A stretch of 64,000 nucleotides of DNA from Terriglobia bacterium (GCA_965206645.1 CBDBKE010000001.1:87380-151379); one strand, 5' to 3'. Counted from the stretch's first letter, positions 19,948 through 29,708 are shown. Program-made: numbers and translations. Notes: generated by a model not told the origin, from the sequence alone.

Positions 19948-21666
19948 ATGCTCCAGCAACTCCACATTGAGAACTACGCGCTGATCGACCGCCTGTCGCT
20001 GGAATTCGGCCCCGGACTGAACCTGCTAACCGGGGAGACCGGCAGCGGCAAGTCGATCATGGTGGATGCCCTGGGCCTGTTGCTGGGCGGCAGAGCATCG
20101 CCGGAAACCATCCGCTCCGGCACTGAGCGGGCCGGGCTGTGCGGACTGTTTGAAGTCGTGGTGTCGCGGGACCTGAAACGCGCCGCCGACGAAGTCGGCG
20201 TCGAGCTGGCGGCAGGCGGTGAGCTTCTGCTGAAGCGCGAGCTGCACGTGTCAGGCCGCACCCGCGTCTTCATCAATGACCGCCCGGCCACGGTGGCGGC
20301 CCTGCGTGCCCTGGCCCCGTGGCTGGCCGACATCCACGGACAGCACCAGCAGCAGGCTCTGCTGGTGCCTGCCTCCCAACTGGAGCTGCTGGACCGCTCG
20401 GCCAGCGCCGAGGAACTGGCCGAGCAGGTGGCCGATGCTTACCGGGGATGGAGGCAGACAACGGCGCGGTTGGCCGAGCTGACCCGTGACGAGCAGGAGA
20501 AGCTGCGTCTGGCTGACCTGTGGTCCTTCCAGAAGCAGGAGATTGAAGCGGCGCGCCCGCTGCACGACGAGGACCAACGGCTGGGGGAGGAGAAGCGCGT
20601 GCTGGCCAACAGCACGCGCATCCACGGCGCCGTCGAGAGCGCCTACCAGCAGCTCTACGACGCCCCCGGCGCCGCCGCCGCAGCCATGGCCGCGGCGCTG
20701 CGGGCGCTGGAAGATGTGGCCCGCTTCGACCGCACCTTTGAGCCAATCTGCGATGGCCTGCGCAGCGCCCGCATCAGCGTCGAGGATGCTTCCCTGTCTC
20801 TCCGCGATTATCTGGAGCAACTGGACGCCAACCCGCAGCGCCTGGAACAGGTGGAGGACCGACTGTCAGTTTTGGACCGGCTGAAGCGCAAGTACGGCCC
20901 CACGCTGGCAGACGTGCTGGCCCACATGGAACAAGTGGGGCGGGAACTGGAGGAGTTGGAGTCCTCGGATGAACTGGCACGCCAGGCGCAGCAGGAACTC
21001 GAAGCCGCCGCCGAACGCTACCGCCAACTGGCCGGAAGACTTTCTGCACAGCGCAAAAGCGCCGCCGCTCGGCTGGAGAAGGCCGTGGCCCGGATTCTCG
21101 CCGAGTTGGCCATGGAGCGCACCGCCTTCCGAATCGAGTTTTCCGCGCCGGCCGAGGAATCCTGGAAAGCGTCCGGCATGGACCGCGTGGAGTTTCTCAT
21201 CTCGCCCAATCCGGGCGAACCGCTGCGTCCCGTGGATCAGGTGGCTTCGGGCGGAGAGCTGTCCCGGCTGATGCTGGCGCTCATCACCGGCGCCGAAACC
21301 CGTCGAGACAGGCCTGCTGGGACGTCCAAGGAGAGGGCGTCCCAGACGAACTCAGCCCGTAGCCTGGTGTTCGACGAAATTGACGCCGGCATCGGCGGGC
21401 GCGTCGCCGAAGTTGTGGGCCGCAAGCTGAAGGCGCTGGCGGCGGGCCATCAGGTGCTCTGTGTGACCCACCTGCCGCAGATCGCTTCCTTCGCCGACCA
21501 TCATTATTTCGTCGAGAAGGTGGAGCGGGACGGCCGCGCCATCACCCTGGCCCGCCATCTGGAGGAGGGCGAGCGCGCCCCGGAGCTGGCGCGCATGCTC
21601 AGCGGCGCCCGCATCACAGACACCGTCCTTAAGCACGCCCGCGACCTGCTCCGCTCCGCCCGCTAG
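19948..21666 (+). CDS. recN: DNA repair protein RecN.
   Basis: MLQQLHIENYALIDRLSLEFGPGLNLLTGETGSGKSI. There is a long coiled coil and a C-terminal ABC signature. Confidence 0.9.
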   Translation: MLQQLHIENYALIDRLSLEFGPGLNLLTGETGSGKSIMVDALGLLLGGRASPETIRSGTERAGLCGLFEVVVSRDLKRAADEVGVELAAGGELLLKRELHVSGRTRVFINDRPATVAALRALAPWLADIHGQHQQQALLVPASQLELLDRSASAEELAEQVADAYRGWRQTTARLAELTRDEQEKLRLADLWSFQKQEIEAARPLHDEDQRLGEEKRVLANSTRIHGAVESAYQQLYDAPGAAAAAMAAALRALEDVARFDRTFEPICDGLRSARISVEDASLSLRDYLEQLDANPQRLEQVEDRLSVLDRLKRKYGPTLADVLAHMEQVGRELEELESSDELARQAQQELEAAAERYRQLAGRLSAQRKSAAARLEKAVARILAELAMERTAFRIEFSAPAEESWKASGMDRVEFLISPNPGEPLRPVDQVASGGELSRLMLALITGAETRRDRPAGTSKERASQTNSARSLVFDEIDAGIGGRVAEVVGRKLKALAAGHQVLCVTHLPQIASFADHHYFVEKVERDGRAITLARHLEEGERAPELARMLSGARITDTVLKHARDLLRSAR

Positions 21667-21726
21667 GGATGGCTCCCGCTTGTGCCTCTCGGAAAGTTGT
21701 GGGAGCCCACGGAAGGACTTGGCCAT

Positions 21727-24576
21727 TTAGCGGACAGCTAACGTGACGGTGTTGCTACTGCTTCCGCCGATCTTAATTTCCAGGAGCACCTCATCACCGG
21801 CTGGCGCTCCCGTCGGTACGCGGGCGTTGACCTGGTAGAGCCCCACGAAGCCCGGCGCCATGCCTGAGGAAAGCACCTCCGCGGAGGCGCCACCAATCGC
21901 CACAACGGGCACCATTGCCGTTAGGTTGAATGGCGGCGAGCTGGCTCCGGGCTGGCCCGTAGCCAGTGGCGCATCCGTTGGGCCTAGGCCAGTAGCAAAA
22001 ATCTGAACCACCGAGCCTACTGCCGCCGGGTTCTCCGCTGAGTTAGGCGAAAAGTCTTCATTCAAGACGGCACCCGGCCCCCTCCCGCCTGCTACAGCGG
22101 TGAAGATGCCCGGAGCCGCAGGCGCAACTCTTACCATCACTGGCACCATTGCTTCCGGGCCACGAACTCCACCGGAGGCCACAACTATTCGGACGGTAGT
22201 GCCAGTTACCTCGAACGGCATTTGGAAGTTGATTTGTGACGGCGAAACAAAGAACAACGGCGCGGGCGTGTCATTAACCAGAACCTCGGTGCCGGCCAGC
22301 ATGGTGGGCAGTGGCAGCCAAGTGGCTGCCACTGTGGCCGCTGCAAGGTTCATCCCGAACAGCGAGGCAATGGAACCAGGGCTGACAACCGCCTCCGGCG
22401 AGAAACTGGCACCGTTGACAATCCCGCCTTCGCCAATCACGGGTGGGGCTTCGGCAAGCGTGCGGCGAGGAGGGATCTTAAGGTCGAGGGCCCGGAGGGA
22501 GGGCAGGCCGGCGATAACGCCGAGACCGGCAGGCGGGCGTGGGTTGGGTGTGGGTGAGAGCAGAACAACTGGGGCGACGCGCAGCGGCGAGGCGGCGCGG
22601 CGAAATACGATCAGGCTGTGGTTCACCGTCAGGTCCCGGTCCACCAACTCGAAGAACAGCACGCGGTATAGGCCAGCGGGCAACTGATTTCGTCTCCCGA
22701 TTAAGTAGTCGCCCAGTTCATTCCAACGCCGCCGGGGACCGCTTTCGGGCCAGGGACCGCTTTCGGGATGGAAGGCGGCTAGTTCATAAAGCCTGTCCAG
22801 CGCGCGCTCCAGCGATTCCGAGTAAACCTCGCGCTCGGGCGACCGCAGCCAGTCCTCGGCCATCACCGTTGCTGGCTGAACCAGCAGGGCAGTTGAAAAA
22901 GCCTCGATGGCGCCCGTCCGATCGCCGGTGCGCAGCCGCGCCCGGCCCAGGTGAAAGTGCGCCAGGGTGAAGTAGTAATCCAACTCCGTGGCGCGCTCCA
23001 GCCACGGCAACGCATCGCTGTACCGGCCCGCTTGCATCAAGCTGCTGCCCGCCTGGGCGGCCACAGGGATGAGGTTTGGCATCCGCTTTGCCGCTTCCAG
23101 GTAGAACCGCCGGGCAGCATTGTTTACGTCAGTATTGTTTGCGTCAGTTTGGTTTGCCTCAGTTTGCTGTTCGGCGAGCCCGCCGGCGCGAAAGGCGTAG
23201 AAGCCGCACCTGGCGTCCCATTGCGCTGCTTGCGCCGGATCACCGCGCTGGTAGAAGTAATGGGCCACCAAAGAACGACCCAACAGCGCCGCTCCCGTTA
23301 ACGAGAGCAGGAACAACCCGCCCATCGCCAACCAGCGGAGCAGGGAGGAGGGTTCGGCTTTCGGAGAGGCCGGGGGGCTTGTAGCTACGGAAAAGCCAGC
23401 CACAATTGCTAGCGGAAACAAGATGGCGGGCAGGTCTAGCTGATAGTCGCCCAGGGAAAAGATGAGGTAAGCACACAGAGCCGTGGCCGCCGGGCCTGTC
23501 GACAGCCTCAGAGTGGTCAGTACGAGCAACAGCGCAGCGGCTAGTCCCAGCACGCCAGTTTCAGCCAGCAGGTTGGCGGGCAGGCTGTGCAACTGCGGCA
23601 AGACTTCCCCGGGCGGACTGAGCCCAGGCGTCTGCTCGCGGTGCAAGGAAGCGGCAAACGGCGTGGCTCCGAGCCCCCAGCCGACCAGCGGACGTGCGGC
23701 AGCCACCGAGAGCCCGGCCCGCAGGTAGCGCAGTCGGTGTTCCAGCGACAGATCGCTGCGCTCGGCCACGATGGCGGCCACGCGGCCTCGCAGGCCCGCA
23801 ACCACGGGGCTGCGAGACCAAAGGAACACGACTGCCGCCAGTGCGGCCAGTGCCAGTAGCGCCACGATCTGCCATTTCGAACTTCGGATTGTGGATTGTG
23901 GACCGAGTGATTTTCTGAAACCCACCCGGCTGAAGCCCAAACGGCTGACTAGAGCGACAAGACCCAACCCGGTCAACACCAGCACGCCCGCCAGCGAGCC
24001 TGTCAGCACAATCGCCAACGCCTGCGCTGCCGTTGCCGCATACCAGAACAGGCGTGCAGGGTTCGAGCGCGCGGCCGCGGCGGCACGGGCCGTCAGAGGC
24101 AGGTGCAGCAGCAGGAAGCCTGCCATGTAATTGTGATGCCCCAGCGGTGCAACCACCCGGGGAGTCCGGCCCAAGAAGTACAGTGACAGACCTACCACAG
24201 CTGCCGCCGTACCTGTCGCGGGTAGCACCAATTGCAGGGTGGCTGCTGGTTGGAGCCGCCCGGATGAGACCAGTCCCACCACCAGGTAGAAAACCGCCGC
24301 CGCCGCTGCTGCCAGCAACAGCATCCGCCAGCTTCGCCCGGTACAGGGAGACTGAAGAGCGCCGGCGACCATGACCACTAACAGCAACGCCAGCAGCGGC
24401 TCGAAGAAGCCACCCAGCAGCGGCCAGCGCTCTTGCCGTTTCGCTGCCAGGAAAGCGGCGCCCAGCGCCAGCACCACCAGCGCGTGCATTCCTGCTTCGC
24501 GCAGCCAGGACGCGCTGCCCGACACGGTGCCGAGCAATAGTGCTACGAGCGGATAGCAGAAAAGAAACGCCTTCAC
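21727..24576 (-). CDS. A 949-aa fusion protein. It combines an O-antigen-ligase (Wzy_C-like) polytopic membrane domain, TPR repeats and a C-terminal TIGR03437 (Solibacter-type, Ig-like) domain.
   Basis: More than 10 TM helices and a Wzy_C-like motif (RPLVGWGLG...H..L....ETG.LG). TPR region. The C-terminus ...GIVNGASFSP...FFVSPSQINFQMP...GFVGLYQVNARVP is typical of TIGR03437. Confidence 0.65.
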   Translation of the reverse strand: MKAFLFCYPLVALLLGTVSGSASWLREAGMHALVVLALGAAFLAAKRQERWPLLGGFFEPLLALLLVVMVAGALQSPCTGRSWRMLLLAAAAAAVFYLVVGLVSSGRLQPAATLQLVLPATGTAAAVVGLSLYFLGRTPRVVAPLGHHNYMAGFLLLHLPLTARAAAAARSNPARLFWYAATAAQALAIVLTGSLAGVLVLTGLGLVALVSRLGFSRVGFRKSLGPQSTIRSSKWQIVALLALAALAAVVFLWSRSPVVAGLRGRVAAIVAERSDLSLEHRLRYLRAGLSVAAARPLVGWGLGATPFAASLHREQTPGLSPPGEVLPQLHSLPANLLAETGVLGLAAALLLVLTTLRLSTGPAATALCAYLIFSLGDYQLDLPAILFPLAIVAGFSVATSPPASPKAEPSSLLRWLAMGGLFLLSLTGAALLGRSLVAHYFYQRGDPAQAAQWDARCGFYAFRAGGLAEQQTEANQTDANNTDVNNAARRFYLEAAKRMPNLIPVAAQAGSSLMQAGRYSDALPWLERATELDYYFTLAHFHLGRARLRTGDRTGAIEAFSTALLVQPATVMAEDWLRSPEREVYSESLERALDRLYELAAFHPESGPWPESGPRRRWNELGDYLIGRRNQLPAGLYRVLFFELVDRDLTVNHSLIVFRRAASPLRVAPVVLLSPTPNPRPPAGLGVIAGLPSLRALDLKIPPRRTLAEAPPVIGEGGIVNGASFSPEAVVSPGSIASLFGMNLAAATVAATWLPLPTMLAGTEVLVNDTPAPLFFVSPSQINFQMPFEVTGTTVRIVVASGGVRGPEAMVPVMVRVAPAAPGIFTAVAGGRGPGAVLNEDFSPNSAENPAAVGSVVQIFATGLGPTDAPLATGQPGASSPPFNLTAMVPVVAIGGASAEVLSSGMAPGFVGLYQVNARVPTGAPAGDEVLLEIKIGGSSSNTVTLAVR

Positions 24577-25538
24577 TGGGAGCGGGTAGGACGGGGGGCT
24601 TCGACGGAATTGCGGCGCGAGGCCAGGCGGATGGCCGCCTCAATAGCGCTTACCATGTTTTCCGGACGGGCGCGGTTTTGCCCGGCGATGTCGAAGGCGG
24701 TACCGTGGTCCACCGAGGTGCGCAGAATCGGCAAGCCGACGGTGATGTTGACGGTCTTGTCAAACTCCACCAGCTTCATCGGGATGTGTCCCTGATCGTG
24801 GTACATGGCCACCACCAGGTCAAACTCGCCCTGCCAGGCCCGCAGGAAAACCGTATCCGGAGGCAGCGGGCCGCAGGCTGGGAGGCCTTGGGCGCGGGCC
24901 TGCTCAACGGCCGGCGCGATCTGCTGGCGGTCTTCTTCCCCGAACATCCCCTCCTCGCCCGCGTGGGGATTCAGCCCGGCGACGGCGATGCGCGGCTGCT
25001 CGAAGCCCAGCAGCCGCATGGCTTCGTCACCGAGTTGGATGGTGCGCCAGACGCGAGCCGTGGTCGCCTGGTGGCAGGCTTCGCCGAGTGCCAGGTGAGT
25101 GGTGACGTGGATCGTGCGCAGCCGTTCCCCGGCCAGCAGCATGCGCACTTCCGGATGGCCGCAGAGCGCGGCGATGAACTCAGTGTGCCCGGGAAATCCT
25201 ATCCCCGCCAATTGGGCCGCGCGCTTATGAATGGGGCCGGTGACCAGTGCGTCTAATTCCCCCGCGAGACACAGCCGCACCCCGGTGCGAACCGCCTCCA
25301 GTGCTGCGTGACCATATTCGGCGCTGACCTGCCCGGGACGAACCTGTGACCACTCCAGGTCGCCGGCGGGAACGGCATGCGGGCTACTCAGCCCCCACTG
25401 CGCGAGCACCGAAGGCGGCCCGATGGGGAAAAGCTCCGCCTGCTCGCGCAGGGACTTGCGGGCCAGGGCTTTGGCAGTCACTTCGGGCCCGATTCCCGCA
25501 GGGTCGCCCAAGCTGATGCCAATCCGGGGAAGCCTCAT
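24573..25538 (-). CDS. PdxA-family NAD-dependent 4-phospho-hydroxyacid dehydrogenase (PdxA or its PdxA2 paralogue).
   Basis: MRLPRIGISLGDPAGIGPEVTAKAL. The His-rich metal site is HDQGHIP. A 4-nt overlap with the downstream gene and the pairing with DUF1537 favour PdxA2. Confidence 0.8.
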   Translation of the reverse strand: MRLPRIGISLGDPAGIGPEVTAKALARKSLREQAELFPIGPPSVLAQWGLSSPHAVPAGDLEWSQVRPGQVSAEYGHAALEAVRTGVRLCLAGELDALVTGPIHKRAAQLAGIGFPGHTEFIAALCGHPEVRMLLAGERLRTIHVTTHLALGEACHQATTARVWRTIQLGDEAMRLLGFEQPRIAVAGLNPHAGEEGMFGEEDRQQIAPAVEQARAQGLPACGPLPPDTVFLRAWQGEFDLVVAMYHDQGHIPMKLVEFDKTVNITVGLPILRTSVDHGTAFDIAGQNRARPENMVSAIEAAIRLASRRNSVEAPRPTRSQ

Positions 25539-26578
25539 GATCGCGAATGGCCGATGAGCTCAGCCGCTCGCCCGCTCGGGTTTGACATGGCAAGGGCGAT
25601 GGCCTGGATCAGAGCGTCGGGCCGGCCGAAGCCGCCGGCTTTGCTAAGAAAGGGAACGTCGTGGGCCCGCCCGCCAAGCATCCGGCCCGTAGCTACGCCA
25701 GGGAGTACTTCGCCGAACACCTCCAACGCTTCTACCTGGAGGGCGCCGATTGCGCCCTCGGCTGTATCGCCGCCAACGAGGAACAGTCCGGTGTCTCGCT
25801 CCAAGGCTTTCGGCACCTGGCTCACCACCTCCACCGCAACTCCAACGGCGTCCCGGACCCCCACTTGCGCCGCCTCCACCTGGGCCAGGGTGGCCGGGTG
25901 GGTGCTACCGGCCACGATCAACCAGCGCGCGGCCTTGATGAATCTGCGTGAGGTGGACCTAGGTGAGGGCAGTTCGCGGGTTTGCTCACCCGCCGGGGGC
26001 GGGCCGAACGCAAAGCGGGCCAAACCAGCCGAGCCCACCCACAGCACCGTGGCCCGACGTCGGGCGATCGACTCGACGAACGCCGCCAGGTCCTCGTCGC
26101 TCTCCGCGTTTGCGACCAATGCGTCGGCAATACCGGCGTCGGCCAGGGCAGGGGCCAGCTCGCCCGCTGGCTTCCCATCGGCGTACACCATACCGCTGCG
26201 CACAATGCGCCCGCAGGCGGGGAATGCAGGTGCAACCGCTACTACTTGCGCCCCAATGACCTGCCGCAGCGATGCCACTTCTGCAGCCCACGGCCCTCGC
26301 AGGGTGGAATCAATCTTCTTGAAGCTGGGCAAAGCACCGCCGGCCAACAAAGCTCGCGCCACTTCCGCCACGGTCTTCGCCGCCGGCTCGGGCGGCTGAT
26401 TTCTCGTGGCCGTGGAGACCACCAAAAGGGTGTGGGTTGTCCCGGCCTCGATGGCATTCGGGCGAGCGCTTGCCCGCCCTCCAGCCGGCAAAACTAAGGG
26501 GCGCCAGCCGGCCAGGGCTGCGCGGGCGGCGGAATCGCAGGCCCCGGTCAGGTCGTCGGCAATAATGGCCGGACGCAT
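25535..26578 (-). CDS. Four-carbon acid sugar kinase (DUF1537; OtnK/DtnK/DenK family).
   Basis: The N-terminal MRPAIIADDLTGACDSA signature. It overlaps both neighbours. Confidence 0.75.
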   Translation of the reverse strand: MRPAIIADDLTGACDSAARAALAGWRPLVLPAGGRASARPNAIEAGTTHTLLVVSTATRNQPPEPAAKTVAEVARALLAGGALPSFKKIDSTLRGPWAAEVASLRQVIGAQVVAVAPAFPACGRIVRSGMVYADGKPAGELAPALADAGIADALVANAESDEDLAAFVESIARRRATVLWVGSAGLARFAFGPPPAGEQTRELPSPRSTSRRFIKAARWLIVAGSTHPATLAQVEAAQVGVRDAVGVAVEVVSQVPKALERDTGLFLVGGDTAEGAIGALQVEALEVFGEVLPGVATGRMLGGRAHDVPFLSKAGGFGRPDALIQAIALAMSNPSGRAAELIGHSRS

Positions 26579-27918
26579 GGTTGCAGGGTGGCTTCGGCCA
26601 GGGCCGAAGTACCGGTTTTCAGATCGCCCGCCTCGTTAAATTCCAATGCCACCGCGGGTTGCACTTCGTAGTTGGGGTTGCCAGCCAGGTCGGCCGCGCA
26701 GGGGGGCGTGGCCAGGAGCGTGGCCATCGACAAGGTGTTGCGAATCCAGGCGGCCCGCACCGTTTCGGTCTCAGGCGAGCCCAGGTTGCTCAGCAGAAAA
26801 TCCAGCGCTGCACGATCGCTCGGGAAAGAGATGGGCATGCGGGCAGGCACATACGCGAGAGCGGTGCGCACATTGGTGTAGGTGACGTGGAAATCGGCTT
26901 TGCGGCCGATGCGCTCGTGCATCGCGTCGGCGAGGCCTATGCCGGAGGCATTGCCCTCGCTTTCCGGTGTCAGGTCACGGATGTAGATGCGGCGGATCCG
27001 GATGGAGCGCTCCACCTCCAACGGGAAGCGGTCGGGATGGACACTGCGCCCGATCACCTTCGTGTCCATCCCAACGCCGCTGATGTTCTTGCCGATCTCA
27101 TCCACGATCAGCAGGTCCAGTGAGGAAAAGGGCAGCTTGGGATGCAACTGCCGGGATCGAGCCAGCAAGCGACGGTCCATCCCTTCGATGTCGGCGGTGG
27201 GTGCGGCGGCGACTTCGCACAAGCTGTGCCGGTCGTTCTCCACCAGGCCCAACCCGGCCAAGATCCGGCCACTGGCCACGATGTGGCGGCTCATGGGAAG
27301 GATCGCCTGGGGGAATCCGCTGCGGAGGCTGTTCTTGTGCAAGCTGGTGGCCCCTTCCAACTTACCCAACCCCACTGTCATCATCTTCAAGAGGCCGCTT
27401 TCCACCTCTCCCTCAAAGTCGGTGTGGAGCTTGACCCGGTTCAGCACCAGTACCCGCCCGGACTCCCAGGCGGCGCGGTCCATGAAGGTTTCAAAGCCCT
27501 CGGGAGTCCGACCAAGCGAAACCGTTTCCATCGAGGAGACCACCGGCGCGCCCACCAGCTCTTCTGTGACCCCTAGGTCGGCAAGCAGGCGGCGCTGGCC
27601 TTCCGCCGTGGCACCGCCGTGGCTCCCCATGGCCGGAACCACGAAGGGCCGCGCTCCAGCCTCTCGCAACACGGCACAGGCGGCCCGCACGACCGCCGCG
27701 ATCCGGTCAATGCCGCGGCTGCCACAGGTGACAGCCACCGTCGCGCCCTCCGGAATGCCGGCCAGAACTTCCGGCAGGGCCTGAAAGGCACGGCGGACTG
27801 CCGGGCCCACTTCCGCAATAGCCGGAGCGGTGGCGCGCAGCGACCGGACTGGATGTAAGACCAACTGTTCAATCATGTGAGCATTGTCGCCCTGCCCTTG
27901 ACCAACAGTCAACCCCAC
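26548..27918 (-). CDS. LarA-like protein (nickel-pincer-nucleotide-dependent 2-hydroxyacid racemase/epimerase family, DUF2088).
   Basis: The AMGSHGGATAEGQ segment resembles the LarA ATGTHR catalytic-His region. Size and domain order fit LarA homologues. A 31-nt overlap links it to the kinase gene. Confidence 0.6.
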   Translation of the reverse strand: MGLTVGQGQGDNAHMIEQLVLHPVRSLRATAPAIAEVGPAVRRAFQALPEVLAGIPEGATVAVTCGSRGIDRIAAVVRAACAVLREAGARPFVVPAMGSHGGATAEGQRRLLADLGVTEELVGAPVVSSMETVSLGRTPEGFETFMDRAAWESGRVLVLNRVKLHTDFEGEVESGLLKMMTVGLGKLEGATSLHKNSLRSGFPQAILPMSRHIVASGRILAGLGLVENDRHSLCEVAAAPTADIEGMDRRLLARSRQLHPKLPFSSLDLLIVDEIGKNISGVGMDTKVIGRSVHPDRFPLEVERSIRIRRIYIRDLTPESEGNASGIGLADAMHERIGRKADFHVTYTNVRTALAYVPARMPISFPSDRAALDFLLSNLGSPETETVRAAWIRNTLSMATLLATPPCAADLAGNPNYEVQPAVALEFNEAGDLKTGTSALAEATLQPCVRPLLPTT

Positions 27919-28005
27919 CGGAGTAGTGTGTCAGTCTCCGGCAAAGGTGCCGTTCAGCCGCGAGCTGCACGACTCCTTTCTCGCTTTTGGTTTCGCGGTG
28001 TTCAT

Positions 28006-28356
28006 TCAGGTTGTACGCTCCACGTACTCCTTGAGAGCGACGGCGTTGTTCAACCGCGACTCTCGTGAGGCAAAGACGAAGGTGACCCGACCAGCTCGGA
28101 CGCGCTCAAGAATGGGATGCAGCGACTCCTGTCGGGCACGCAACTCCTTGAAGTATCTGCGCTTGAACTCTGCCCACTTGTCCGGCGCGTGATTGAACCA
28201 GCGCCGCAGTTCGGTAGAGGGAGCAGCCTCCTTGGGCCAGAGGTCGATCTTCGCTTCCTGCTTCGAGAGACCGCGGGGCCACAGCCGTTCGACAAGAATG
28301 CGGCAGCCATCCGATTGTGACGGGGTCTCGTAGGCACGTTTCAGCAAGATGGGCAT
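28006..28356 (-). CDS. DUF488 (YeaO-like) family protein.
   Basis: MPILLKRAYE...DGCRILVERLWPRGL...WFNHAP is the DUF488 signature. Confidence 0.6.
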   Translation of the reverse strand: MPILLKRAYETPSQSDGCRILVERLWPRGLSKQEAKIDLWPKEAAPSTELRRWFNHAPDKWAEFKRRYFKELRARQESLHPILERVRAGRVTFVFASRESRLNNAVALKEYVERTT

Positions 28357-28385
28357 GGCGTCTGCCTAACCGCTGCAGCGGCTTG

Positions 28386-28883
28386 TTAGGTGGACTCGTC
28401 CGCCATCTTCTCGATCTCCTCCAGTAGCCTACTTCGAAGCCAAGACTCTAGCATCATCAGGCCGTTGACCGTGAAGAGCTGGTAGTGGGGGTTGCCTTGG
28501 TAGCCAGTCACAGCGCCAGCGTGGATTTCGACGGCGCCAATGATGTCTTGTGATGGCACCTCTCCCTCTGGCGTAGGTGTACGAGCATCGATGATGTAGA
28601 CGTTACCGTCCCGCAGTCGCTTGGCTTCCGCTACCACACCAGGGCAATTCGCAGCGTGTCGGGCGATGAAGTCATGAAGAAACTCGAGGAATCGCACATT
28701 CGGCGCGAAGTGTTCGACATCGAAGAAATCGGGACCGTCGACAAGCTTGCCTAGGATGGCTTCGGCGGGAAGGCCGTGTCGGAAGACGACATCATGCGGG
28801 ACCAGAGAGACGTAGTGTTCATCCCGGCCGGTCTGCCTATCCCGGATCGTGTAGACAAATGCTTGCTCGCCAGGATTACCCAT
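28386..28883 (-). CDS. Hypothetical protein of 165 aa, unrecognised family.
   Basis: A clean ORF, co-oriented and tightly spaced with the DUF488 and HD genes. Confidence 0.45.
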   Translation of the reverse strand: MGNPGEQAFVYTIRDRQTGRDEHYVSLVPHDVVFRHGLPAEAILGKLVDGPDFFDVEHFAPNVRFLEFLHDFIARHAANCPGVVAEAKRLRDGNVYIIDARTPTPEGEVPSQDIIGAVEIHAGAVTGYQGNPHYQLFTVNGLMMLESWLRSRLLEEIEKMADEST

Positions 28884-28939
28884 GTTCCACCTAACTTGCG
28901 CTTAGGCCGACCTGGATAAAACCGGCGCTGGTGCTGTCT

Positions 28940-29527
28940 TCAGTCGTCACTATGCAAAAGTCCTCCGGCTTCCAACGTGCGCCAGAACGCGTAGTCGGCA
29001 TGATGCACGACCGTATTCTCCAGACTCCGCACCACCAGCTCGCCCTCGCCCGAATGCGCTCCGGCCATATGGGCCACCGCCTCCGGAAGGCCCAGGCTGA
29101 GACAGATGTGCACGCCGTAGGCCGGATGCCGGATGGAGGGGAATCCCGCCGCTCGGGGCGCTCCCTTCCAGCGCGCCTGATTCTTCGGATCGAACTCCCA
29201 CGGTTTGCCCACATCATGGCACAAGGCCCCGGCAATCAGAACGTCCCGGTTGATTTTCAAATCCGGAAACATCGCCATCATCTCATCGGCAATCACCATT
29301 GCCAGCCGTGTCACCCCGCGGATGTGATCCGTCTGCGTCCCCGTCTTCAGCGGTGGCGTATCGGGATTCCCCGACGGCTTGATCTCTGCAATCGCTCCAA
29401 AGCTGCTGCCGCCTAAGGACGTCGCCCAAGCCTCCACCACTTTCTTCTGCAGTTCCGGATTAGAAATCTCCTCAACCTCCGGCAGTTCCTCCCGAACTTT
29501 AGCGCGCAAAGCATCGGTCGCTGACAT
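28940..29527 (-). CDS. HD-domain metal-dependent phosphohydrolase.
   Basis: H...HD pattern in ...QTDHIRGV...GALCHDVGKPWE. The start is set at the internal ATG at 29527. Confidence 0.6.
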   Translation of the reverse strand: MSATDALRAKVREELPEVEEISNPELQKKVVEAWATSLGGSSFGAIAEIKPSGNPDTPPLKTGTQTDHIRGVTRLAMVIADEMMAMFPDLKINRDVLIAGALCHDVGKPWEFDPKNQARWKGAPRAAGFPSIRHPAYGVHICLSLGLPEAVAHMAGAHSGEGELVVRSLENTVVHHADYAFWRTLEAGGLLHSDD

Positions 29528-29708
29528 AATGCCTCCTCCGAAGAAGTAAATAGGGGAAGTAACCTCACCACTCATAGTGCCAGAGAGGTTTCAGGCTTTC
29601 TATCGAATTTGTTGTCTGCCGAGTACTCCATTATCGGGTGAAGCAGTCCCGTGCGCGGCTGGACCGGCTTGCCTGCCCAAGCTCTGCCCCGTTCTCTCGC
29701 GGGAGTCA

